Below are positions 36,355 through 47,830 of a stretch of DNA of 64,000 nucleotides, piece by piece (the first letter of the stretch is position 1; each line of letters begins with the position of its first letter). Under the pieces are notes generated by a model. That model was not told the DNA's origin. It ran no database searches and was given only the letters and a program-made list of their open reading frames with translations. The stretch spans positions 1,116,001 to 1,180,000 of the forward strand of contig JAYWIR010000004.1 of assembly GCA_036172245.1 (NCBI GenBank). The letters run 5' to 3'. The translations under genes were made by a program, and so were the position numbers. The DNA comes from Raillietiella orientalis. Lineage: Eukaryota.

Positions 36355-39300
36355 GGAATTGGAAAGAATCCACCGCACACTCCTTTCGGAGATGTTCTTC
36401 ACGAGGGAGACATTGTGCTCACAGAAGAGCAGCAGTGGTCCTTGATGGAGAGAGCCTGCTTATTAAAAATGCATCTTTGGCCGAAGACTGGACTGTGGGT
36501 AGAGGTTCCCTTTGCACTTCATCATTCGGGTATGTACCTTTTGTGTACCTAGTTTTGCTCTTCCCCTTCTTCCTCTCTTGCGTCGTGCTGACTCGCAGAT
36601 TCAGCAGCTTGCAACCCGTCACTTGGCTTTGGTGAGAGATTCCCAGACCTGGTGCTATACGACTGTACGCTTCGACACGCTTTCCCGGTGAAAGTGTCTT
36701 CTCATCTCAGTCATTTCTTGCTTCTGCTCGCTTCCTCGGAGTCAAGGTGATGCTCATTCTGGAGAGCGAACCTTTAATCTCCGATCTGCCAGAGCAAATA
36801 GTGTTCCTTACTCTGCCACATGATTGTAATCTTAGCTTCCGGAGATCTCAGATGTTCGTTGCTGCTGGCGGTTCAAAACTTTGACCGCTGGACTTGTATC
36901 CGATTCTTCCAAGTACCTGAACACGATCCTCGTCACAAGATACTGATTGGGAGCTGGAATGGCTGCTGGTCCCTTATCGGAAAGCAGTCATCAAAATCAA
37001 ATTTCCAAAAATTATCCCTCGAAGGTGATTGCCGATTGGTAAGTGCATTTTATACGAAGACTTAGTCGCTTCGATACCATATATTTGCGCGGCTTTCTTC
37101 TGGGTGCTTCTCCACGGATACAACACAACATACTCTCACACGGATTCTCAAGTCTCGCAAATAACCACGTGCTATGCTCGACGCTCACGTCTTAAAGATC
37201 AAGCGTCTTCCTCACAAACGACCGGCAGCTTCCAAAAAGTGATTGCGGATTCTCGCCGTGTGAAGCTCAAAGCATGTCTCGTGCCTACCCTTCTCTCTTT
37301 TGAATGCACACACCAATTTTATTTTAGAGGTCAATTCCAGTGCACGAATTAGCTCATGCCATTGGATCTCAGCACGAGCACTCGAGGTCAGACAGAGACA
37401 AATACGTGAAAATTTTGAACGAAAACGTCAACATTTCGGTGGCTGCCAATTTTGAGATTGAAGACTGTGAAACCGAAAACGTCCCCTATGACTACTACAG
37501 CATCATGCACTACGCAACGCAAGTAAGTTTTGGTTTCCCCATTACCATGGCTGGTGTGCGGAAGAACAGGTGAGGAATGACATCTTCTTTTTTGAATTTC
37601 CACTTACCCTTGTCGAGTCAAACATTCCTTTGCTACTCAGCTGCGTTCTTCGTGGATGCATTTCGTTCTCTCTGTCTTCCTTTGAACTCGCGACACTCTC
37701 TCAATCCAAGTGCGAAGCAGAGACTGTTTCTCCTGGAACCCTTTGGAGATGACAGCATGAAGCATGTTTCCCTTATCCTCAATCTTTTCTATTTCTTTAC
37801 ACATCTGTCGCAGAACCTTCATCGCCATCGATTGATCAGAGCAGACGCTGAAATGCAGTTCTGTTGAAGAGAATCCTCCCTAACGACACGAAAGACCTGC
37901 GTTATAAAATACTCCTGCGACCTCTCCTTCTGCACGATTGCCTCTGCACGAAACTTCACGGCATTCTTTGCCGCACTCCTTGCAAACTGTGCCATTATCG
38001 GCCTTCATTGCAAGACGATGGAGAAAATCGTTGTCTTTCATTGATGGCTCGAAAGCACACGGAATCACCTACACAAACACGATCCACGAAAACGAACGAC
38101 GACATCCAACCTCAAGTGCAGTCCCCCTCCATCATCAGTTAATAACAGAAATAGGATTCGTTTGCGGCAGAGCCGATATCCACCACGCAGATCCCTTAAA
38201 TAAACATGTCCCACGGAGAAAGTCAGCAACTGAGTAACATCATTCTCTTCTCACATCTGAAAAGTTCCTCGCTTGCCGTTGATTGCGATCTTTATCCATA
38301 CACAATTGCAGCAGGCCAGAGATCCTCCCTGTTAAGAGTGGCAAGCAATCACAGACTTCAAGCAAAATGCAAGCCGCCAAAACAATGCATCCTCGCAGAC
38401 TCATTCACGTTTTCACCTCATTTTATTTTTCGTTACGTATTCAAATTTACGTTTTTCAGACAGGGAGCAGCAACGGAAGACCCACCATAGCAAGTCTAAA
38501 TGTGAATATGCAAACTTTCGTTGGTGCGAACACTCAAGGATTGACCTTCAACGATGCACTCGTTATAAACAAGAAATACGGATGCATCAGTGAGTTTTTC
38601 TCCTCTCTGCATGCAGGACGCCCTTGCGTCTTCCACGCTGTCTTGTCTCGGTTGCGACACCAAAGTCCCGCCATTTGCGCACTCTTCCCTATGATGCGGC
38701 GATGCAGCAGACCTCGCATGCGAGTTCCGCAACGTAACGCTTGACTAAAAACGGAAACTACGACTGAAAACCAAGCATCCAGAAGTCCTCGATTTTGAAG
38801 CACCTCTTGCATACGACTGCCTTTTAGTAACCAGGAGCAGAGTTTCTGGATCATCGCTGAAATCTTTTCGCAAGTCACGACTTCGAGGCTCTGCTGCACG
38901 GAGAGAGGAGAGGACTATTTCAGCGAACCGACCGGCTCTTCGCACTAGGAAAGATGATGAAACCGAGACAGGATTCAGCTTCCAGTGCAGGCGGGACGAC
39001 ATGGCACGAAACTCCGAATCTGCAAGGTTGCCTACCCAAAGACCACCTGGCACTCACGACACGGTGGTGGACTCCTGCTCCGAACTTCACCAGTGCAGTT
39101 CGACGGATGTTTTCCAAATGGTTCAGCCTCTCGTGCAAAGCGAACCAGCCCTCCACTTCACTCCTTGCGATGGGAGCTGGAAGCAAGCACTTTCTAACCG
39201 ACCTTGCTATCCTTCATCTCCTTGCTCATTTTTACTCTGTGCCAAGCAAATTTCAACCAACTCTGCTTCGAGGCGGACCTCGCACGGATCTTGGACGCGG

Positions 39301-42173
39301 TGGCAGGAGGGATCCACTTCACCATTGAGGAAGATTCAAAGCCGCACAGTTGCCATGAGAGGCGCTTCGATGCAACAAGGAGAGTGCTCCAAGTTCAGGG
39401 TAGAAAGTGCCTTCCTTTCCACCATATTACAAGGAGAGCTTACGGTAACACCCACGGAACAAAGTGATCTTCGCTTCCAACAACCACTTGCACGAAAAGT
39501 GGTCAACGGGAACGTCTCAGATTGAATCACACGGAAGAAAACTCGATGAACCAGAGTTTGTTTCTCACCTCTAGCCATGCGTCTTTCGCCCAGCAACTTC
39601 GAGTCAGCACGCAAGATCTTAGCTATCGACCCTTTTCCTCCGCAAACCCCCAAATTCGTAACGAGAGACTAAAAAGCTCCGAATCTGTGCAGGATCTGCT
39701 CTTTGGCCTTGCCGTCAAGCTTTGCAATCCTTGCCCACGACGACTTCACACGGTGGTGGTGGGCTACACCTGAGGCGCATCTTCTCGTCTTCTACATAGC
39801 AGGCAGCGCACCAAAATCATCTGTTTGAATCCATGAATGTGCGAAATCCCGGAAGCTGTCTCCGTCTATGCATCACACACACTCCATGAACACTGCTTCA
39901 GCGACATCAAGAAGCGGCTAAGAAACCCAGGGAAGATCCACCCCTAGCAACCGCGTGTGTGCCTTGCACTCGAGCCGACACATCCGAAACTTCCGCCCCG
40001 ACGCGTCCCTTGGCTAACAGCGCGCTCTCCAGTTTGATCGACAGAGCACCCACGTTTCGCAGCTGCACACGAAGATCTTCGCGGAAAATGGGTTTTGGAG
40101 ATTTACTTGGACATGCGCTTTCTTTCGCCCTCATATCAGTTTGGCGAGTCGCCCTCCGGCTGTCTGTCACCTTGAAAAAAGTCTCCAGAATTGACAGAAA
40201 GCGCGTGATGAATAGTTTGTCGGGGCTCTCCACTGCAACACGGGATGTTTTTCAGGAGACTGGATGAGCGCATGCAACTTGACCTCCAACCCTTGCTTCA
40301 ACGACGGTTTCATCAATCAGTACTGTCAGTGCACCTGTAAACCCACATTTGGAGGGAGCGTATGCAAGGAACCCATTCAGCCCATCGGTAAGCATTGGGA
40401 AGTTGTGCACCCTGGTTTTCTATTTCCTCCTCGTCATTCGGTGTTGGCACCGGAGTCCCACGCTCAGACCTCGCGCATTTTGCAACCCTCTTGGCGCTCT
40501 CACGTGGCGTGCTCTACGATCACTTGTCGATGATGCGATCCAAGGATTCTCAAGCAGTCATCCGAAGAGGCAGAGAACTTGCTGTGAATACGTGGACGTC
40601 ATCCAGATGACCTCTGCAGGGTCTCTTGTTTTTCTTCCTCCCTGGGCACTGACGGACGCTCTCCGTCTTCGCAAAGCACCTCAAGCTTGTCTTCGAAGGT
40701 TTCGAGAGCGGAAGACCCCAAGGAGGACACGGAATGTCTCGTTCCCCTTCAGTCCGCGATCTCCCACCTGTCGCAGCTGGCGCTCTGTGAGGCACGAGAC
40801 TCCTATTCCCAAAGAGCAGGAGCGATTTGCTCAGGAGGGAAGAGGGCCACACGGAGACGCAGCCCAGCACCTGGAGCAGCTCGCGCGATTCTCACGGCCT
40901 TCTGGTGCTGTGCGCCCCCTCCCTCCAACGGAATCACTTGCGTCTTCTGAGAGCTCCAGAAGTCAGCCGGCCTCTGGCCTGCTGCGGTTCCCTCGATCTT
41001 CTACCATGGCGAGCGCATTCCATTCTCGAGAATGGAACGGATCGCTCTGATTGCCGATTTTCGTTCTCTCTAAGGATTGGTTGCTGGGATGGCCATCGAT
41101 TCCTGTTGCGGGATGCCGATCGAAACCCGCACTCCTCAGGAGCTGTGCATCAGCGACCGATGAGCTGCTTCTTCGCAGACTAGCATGATCTCCCCATCCT
41201 GCATAGAACTTTGCTCCCGGATCACTTCGTGCCTTAATGGGTCGCTCCACAATTCCCAACGTGAAAAACCAAACAGGAAGGAACCTCCGAAAACAGGAGA
41301 CAAGCTGCTCGTGTGCCCTTTGAGAGGACATCTTGGCACAGCCCCCCGAACAGCCGCGTACCTACGAGCACCGACAGAACGATTTCCGTCTGATGGTCTC
41401 GAGAACTCAACCGTAGGAGCAGCCAAGAAATTTACGATCAGGTGCTGAGGTTCTCAACTGGGCGATGCTTTGCTGCGACCTCCTGCCAGATCGCTCCATC
41501 GAATTACGAGGAACGGGTTTCCGGCTTCCAGATCGAGTTTGCGATTCGGTTCTTGAATGTTCCCGTCGCATCCGGCCACCTCCAGCCTCTTGCGTTTGCA
41601 TGGTCTTCTTCAGGCACGCTCGTTTGCTTTAGCGTTTCCGAAATCCGCAAGAACCACTTAGACGAAACTCCTCCATCAATATGTCCACAGCCAGTTGCCA
41701 TGGATCGAAACCGGTAGCGACAAGAGTTGATGCACATTTCTTGTGTCCATAGGGATGACTCCCAGCATTTGCGGAGGCAACGTCACACAAGAGGGAACCC
41801 TGGTTTCACCTCAATGGCCAAAAAGTCTTACTTGCATCTGGGTAATAACTGCACCCAGAAACAAATGCGTGAAACTCGTCTTCACCACTTTGTACCTCGA
41901 AAGTAAAAACTGCATGTACGAGTCGGTTTTTGTGCAGCAGAAAGACATCCACAATGGAACTGCGTGAGTAGTTCCGTTCCGCCGCAGGCTTCCACCATCT
42001 GCATTGTCTTCTTGCATAGATTCTGCAACGCTGACCAGCTGCCCCCAGGAAGCGAGTTTGTTTCTCAGGATGAACAGATGGTCGTGATATGGAAAAATAT
42101 TGGACACTCCCAATCAAAAGTCGAAGCAGTCATCAGCTTCGTCCCTCGGCAAATTCCCGTGCATGCGAAATGA
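36355..42173 (+). CDS. Astacin-family (nas-like) zinc metalloprotease with EGF and CUB domains; exons about 36355-36529, 36836-37038, 37328-37522, 38460-38590, 40255-40387, 41753-41963, 42020-42173; first exon(s) not located
   Basis: Pro-region HEGDIVLT, then WTCIRF, GCWSLIGK, the Zn motif HELAHAIGSQHEHSRSDRD, the Met-turn YDYYSIMHY and GLTFNDALVINKKYGC, followed by EGF and CUB exons with canonical splice sites. Confidence 0.9.
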
Positions 42174-42896
42174 ATGGTCCCTACCTCTGGATTTTGGCCT
42201 CTTTTATGTTCATAAATTGGGAACTTTGGTTTCCAATTTATGACAAATTTCTTTTGTTCGCTTCTTGGAGAATTGTTTTTGAGCTTTTGTCTGACATCCA
42301 TCAGCCATTCCGAATGTTTTGCTTGTCATCGTTGAGAACCGCTAGGTGCTCATCATAGGATCTCCATTTTCACTCTCCGACCCGAGTGCTTCCAAACCGC
42401 GGTATGCATCTATGTGTGGTGGCACAAAGAAGAAAAAAAACATAGTAAACGCCTGCGAAATGAAGTTTCAGCGCCACAGTATATTTGAATAAGGAATAAA
42501 CTTGTTTTCTCAAAGATTTCTCAAAGATGCTCGGGAAGGGCGCTGTCGATCGCTGGATGGCTAGGAAAATATTCGATAAATGGGTAGGCATAACTTGCAG
42601 CAAGCAGGTTCTTTTCACCCTCCATGAATAAATTGCTTGGTCAACTCTCGGAGCCTCCGATGAAGCTGCGCTACGGCAACGGAAGGAGCTTCAGACACTC
42701 TGTTCCCCTGAAGCCGGAAACCTCCGCTCCAAAGTCCACAGTCGTAAGGTCCGCAGGCAATCTTTGGAGCAAGTGACGGAGCTTTCAGCAGGCGCTATCA
42801 GACATCATTTGATGCAATCATTTGACCCACTACACCATTTTCAACCAGGATGCTGGTCGACTGTTAAAAATCAAGAGCTTTCCTGCTTGATAACCC
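39750..42896 (+). repeat. Segmental duplicate of about 55-3298
   Basis: Collinear direct repeat. It is clearly diverged up to about 40160 and near-identical afterwards, except in the CUB exon. Confidence 0.95.
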
Positions 42897-43118
42897 GGAA
42901 TGAAATCTTCTAGCAGGAGCAAATCCTGGATGCCATCTCGACAGCTTACAACTGAATCCCGTCAATCACGGAATAGGTAAAACAACAAAGATTCGAGAGT
43001 TGTTTGAAAACGTACAAACAAGAAAAGGACGCATTAAGCAGAACATGTGGAATCGAAAACATGCGTACATGAATCGGTCATGAAATCAAAGAATGCCGAT
43101 TGTTCTCAGGGAAGTACG
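42896..43118 (+). pseudogene. Inverted remnant of the NOB1 3' end and downstream sequence
   Basis: Reverse complement of about 4596-4819; for example catgaaatcaaagaatgccgattgttctcagggaagtacg matches 4596-4635. Confidence 0.9.
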
Positions 43119-44830
43119 TGAGCGGTGAGGTCCTCTTCGCTGGCGAAGGGGGAGGAAACACCACAGAAAAAAAAAAATACAGGGGAGGGCAATGTCTCCC
43201 AGGGAGGGGAGTGCAGGCAAGGAATCAGTTCTCCGCGAGGGGTATTCTGCATCCGAGTTTGGATGCGGACAAGTGCCGGTCGTAGTGTGCGTAGCTGGCG
43301 CCATAGGGAAGCCTTCTCCATTAAGATGGCTGCCAGCGAATGGCATTCCGGCTACTTCAGCCTCTCCTCGACGCATACCATTTGTCCAGGATTCCGCGTA
43401 TGCTGCAGAGAACTGCTACACACGCAGCTGCTGGCAAAGCGTCCCGCATCAGGAATTGACGGAAAATGTTTTTCGGGTGCGGGATCGATGATCAGGTGCG
43501 GGAAGGTTTCCCTTTCACCGCAGCCTGCACAATTGGCATCCGGACTCCCTAATGTTCAGTGGGAGAGGTATGCTCTGCAAAGGAGTCCCCAATGTAACTC
43601 TAGCAACGCCGTCTCCTGCCAATCCAAGGAGAGGCAACCATTGTCGCAACGCGCTGGGGGCCACTTCACTTCCTCTGGGGGTATGCCGAGCAGCTCGCCC
43701 CAGCGCACAAGTCCTTTAGGCGGGAACTCGGGGTTGTAGCGTCCGCTGACCCCCGAGTAGTCCACGCATTCAAGAGTTTTTTCCTGCCTCCTATGATGCA
43801 GTACACTTCCCACGATGCCTATTCCTGGCTGTCCCTAGGGTTCTCTAGCTCGGGCAGCACTGGGGCAAGGAGAGTAAATGAAGCCCACGGAAGTTTCTGT
43901 TGGTTGGAAACGATCTTCTGCAGGGGGTGTCCATAGTACCTGCCTCTACGGAGGCAGGAGAAGTCCACATCGTTTGAGCCGTTGATCTTAGTCCGCGCGG
44001 AAACTGACTCCTGAAGCCAGGTTGTCCAGTTCGAGAGGAGACAGGAGATCCACTTATTTTCTCTCACCAGGGCAACCAAGTCACGCAGCTGAAAACAACA
44101 ATGGTTCAGACTGTGGTCGTTAGCCACAAGGATCGAGGTCAATCCGTTGCAGCTGGTTGCCCTACTGGCGAGGAGGCGTGTAGGGGCGCACCATGGCGCT
44201 GCCCAGTATGTCGACACAAGGTCGAGTTTGCCAATTTGGAGCTGTCTCTGCATGTGCTCCAACGTCAGGAGGCCTAGTCTACCGTCCCTGCGTGGAGAGC
44301 ACAAGTCTTTAAGACGGACGTGGGACATCTGTGTGCCCTACAGGGCTTTTCTCAGGAGGACCTTTGTCCTCTTCTTGATTTGGAGTGGGGCGCGGCGAAA
44401 AAAAAGTAGGGGGCGAAGCAGGAGGGCCACGAAAGCGTTCCACACCGCGGCCCGTTCCAGCAAGTAAAACTTGTCGTCCCGAAACGGGCCGATCGCCAAC
44501 TCCACCTTTTGGAGATGATCGGACCAGGCTATTGCTACGCGGAAGTTCCCCAACGGAACGCCAAGTTACTTAAAGTACTGCCCGTGGGGATCCTCAAGCG
44601 GACCCAGTCCGGCCGTCCAGCTCACGTTCATCCAATTGTTATCATCGACGACTTCGCCCTGTTCTCCTCCAGGTCTGTCCCGCGGCTGAGCAGCGAAGAA
44701 CTCGAGAGCAGAAGCTCGGGTGGACCCGGGAAGCAGCAGCAGAAGATTGTCTGCATAGGCCGACACTCCTGGCGTGCCGAGACACGAGCTTGGCAGGGCT
44801 GTCAAAATCTCCTTGCATACTCTTAGCGCT
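43119..44830 (-). mobile_element. Antisense 5'-truncated L1/Tx1-like element
   Basis: The minus strand encodes SAYADNLLLLLP, ERAAVWNAF, RLKDLCSPRRDGRLGL, WQETALLELHWGL and a CAGC...HL Zn-finger remnant. Confidence 0.88.
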
Positions 44831-44833
44831 GGC

Positions 44834-47830
44834 ACCCTTCTAGAGTTTTGGATGATATTTCCCATGGTTACATGGAAGCAGCAATCATTGCCAAAACAGC
44901 CAAAAAAACTGAGCTATTCAAAATTGGTCTAGGTGGATTCTTCTACAATTAATTCCTACACAGACTCCATTTTATCTGTAGCCACTTGAGTTTCAGAATG
45001 GTAGATACCACTGCTCGAAAACCTCCTGCAGTCTTTTCCTGAGTAACGCACCAGAAGGAAACCGTTTCTTCTCTTGTACTGCAATCGTAACCAAAGACGG
45101 GAGAAAAACTTCCCTGTGGAAAGTGTGATCCAAAGTGCAGAATATGGACAAATCAGGAAAGCTCGAATTTGTAGGTTTTCCGTATACGTTTGCATTGTCT
45201 GAACAGTATGTGCCTGCAGGCATGAAGAATGAACTTGGGCTGCCGCGGTAATTTAGTCGGGAGCCAGCATTTAAACGTTCAGAAGAATATGCAAACGAGC
45301 ATTTTCAGTACATAGTTGTACAATTCGGCGTGGGCATGCCCCAGTCATATGAAGACTTTCAGCACCCTAAAACAAGGGCTTGTGATGGGTTACGATACGA
45401 CACCAAAAGGTGTCTGGCCCGCGTCGGAGGCTTTGTGGTTAAGGCTTCCGCGCGTGGCACCATGCGTCGCGGGTTCGAATACTTCGGCAGATAACTTGAC
45501 GCCATTGCGTCGTTTGGGTTCCGAGTTTCTCCTGCAACGGCGCTGGTTGGCCGAGACATTCGGGCGTGGCCCCGGCGGTGGATAAAGCCGGCGGCCTCCC
45601 GATGAAGGCCGGAACAATGGGAGTCGACCTTCGGGTCCTCCCAGGAATAAAGGAGTGGGGAGTTCCCCCTCCTGTGTGCAAAGGAGAGTGGACCCCCGTC
45701 ACCGGGGGAACCGCCTCCGGTTTCAAGATGGAGCAGGAGCCCTCACGGGCACCTCTCCAGTCGTTCAAAGGAACGGACCCCCCCCTGTTGGGGGGAACCT
45801 CCGAGTCGTTGCCTCTTCACAGAGTGTGTACAAAGGAAAGAAGCTAAGCGAGAGCGATTCCCTGCGGGAAGCTGCAGCGCCCCTTCTGAGTTTCGGAAGC
45901 ACCCCTGTGGGGGTTGTCTTCAGAGGAGTGAATAAAGGAGCGGTTCCCTTGCGGGTTCCCTCCGGAGAAGAAATTCCTAGAGGCGGATCCTTTCCGGGTT
46001 CCCTTCGGAGAAGTTGAAATGGAGAGGACCACCACCCCGCAAGGGGGGGTGTCCCTCCGGAGAGAATGAGGAAGGAGAGATTCCCTTCGGGGTTCCCCTT
46101 CGGAGACAACCAGGGTGGGAGGTGAGATCCCCCCCGTCCGGGGGGATCCCTCCCCAAGCGTGAGAGGAACGGACTCCGAGCCCTTCCTGGATTCAATAGG
46201 GCGGACCCCATCCCGGGGTGCCCCCTATCCTGAAGAATATTACACTGAAGAATTACACGCCCCCCCCTGCGGGTTGCCGCGGACAGGCGTGGAAACAAAA
46301 CAGTGTGTTAATGTTTAAAAAGAGCCACGCGCGCCGCGAGGCACGCGACCGGCTCTGAGGTACTTAGCGAACCAAAAAAAAGAAAACTCTTAAAAAAAAA
46401 AAAAAAGCTGGAAGGAAAACAGCGAAGACAGAAGAAAAAGAAGAACCCAAGGATTACCATCGTCCTAGGCCAATAGTAACGATCTCCTCGTGGGGTCGCT
46501 ACTGGCCTTTAAAAAAAAAAAAAAAAAAAGGTGTCTGCTAAAGACGGACTGCGTCCAAGTGGTAAGATGGAGAAACCCCAATTTTTACCAATTTTTTTTT
46601 GCATCCTAACGTAAGTTGAGAAGACTTGGAAGCAGGGAACTTTGTTTGAGGAGGTCGAGCATTTCCCAGAGTTTTCATGGCTTTGATGAATAATTTTGTC
46701 ACCAGGTAAAGAAAACACCAAAGCAATGCTTAAAGGAGCGCCATCCTTCGGTTCCCAAAGAATGCTATGCCCTATATAATACTTTCTATCTATGCAAGCG
46801 GTCCTTGGTAGGTGAGAAGATTCTGTGATGCTGAAACTTCTTTTTCAGCTTGATAACCGTCAGCGATTTCGAGGTCGAGTTGGGTATTAATGTTCAAAAA
46901 GCGGAAGCAGGAATCGAAAAACGTACTGTTTGACTTGAGGGAGACCATCTTCATTTGCAACTGTTTGTTGTGTGATCACATTGTTCCCTGCAATAAAAGA
47001 CTTCAGCAACCTGTAGAAGCACTGTTGATTAGCCCACATATTCTCTTATGGTCCCTAAGAACAAGAATAACCAAATAGGACCAACTCTTATTCGCATGCT
47101 CGTGTACCGATGTTGTTGTGTGGCAACTTAAATTATGGCAATGTAATGCCCAGTTTGAATTATGCTACTACCAGACAATTGTCTGTTCCCAATACCTTCG
47201 CTTTCAAAAATTTTCAAGGACAATAATGCAAGAATTACAACACCAAAAGGAATGCTTAAAGGAACAACATCTAGCCATCGCAACAAAATGCTGAGCTTCC
47301 TGCAACAGTTTATTCAAATGAAAACAATCTTTGATGTAGGATATTTTGCACAGCTGAAACTTCATCTTCATTGCTTAGCTTCATAACTGACAGCAACTTG
47401 GAGATACAATTGCATCTTAACGCTTCAAAGAGAGTCTAATAAGTGAACAGAAATGAGTTAGCAATTCATTACGGAAATCTCTTTTACTTTTTGGTATGGA
47501 CTGAAGTGGACTGAAAGACAGAGGAAGCAGACATCAAGTTGGCAATGTACTGTCCAAGTATTTGATTCTCTGACTTGAGTTTCAGATTTTCTTCCCTTAC
47601 ATTATCTACTCTCTGAGATAAATCTGCAAAAGAACAGTTTTACGGGATAGAAATGGATACTTTTGAACAAGACCATCCAAAGTTTTCTGTAACTCCAGTA
47701 CTTGCGAAATGAAGCGCACCTTTTCTTCATGTTCATCAGCACTGATGTCTTGATCTGCATCTAACAAGGAAACAACAAATCTACGTGGTTATTCTTTGAT
47801 GAGGCCAGATTTCTGCAAAATTCTGGATAG
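44834..47830 (+). repeat. Segmental duplicate of about 8404-10640 (upstream part of the Rab-like pseudogene), carrying a SINE insertion
   Basis: Collinear direct repeat. It lacks about 350 bp present at 8510-8858 and stops before the GTPase exons. Confidence 0.9.
45417..46525 (+). mobile_element. tRNA-headed ~1.1-kb SINE, copy 2, with poly(A) tail and 12-bp TSD
   Basis: TSD aaaaggtgtctg at 45405-45416 and 46526-46537, with an empty site at 9321-9332. A-box-like ggctttgtggttaagg, B-box-like ggttcgaatac, a terminal hairpin and an A run. Confidence 0.92.

Noticed and set aside
45417..45490. Functional tRNA gene
   Set aside because: No clean cloverleaf forms; it is the head of a TSD-flanked insertion.
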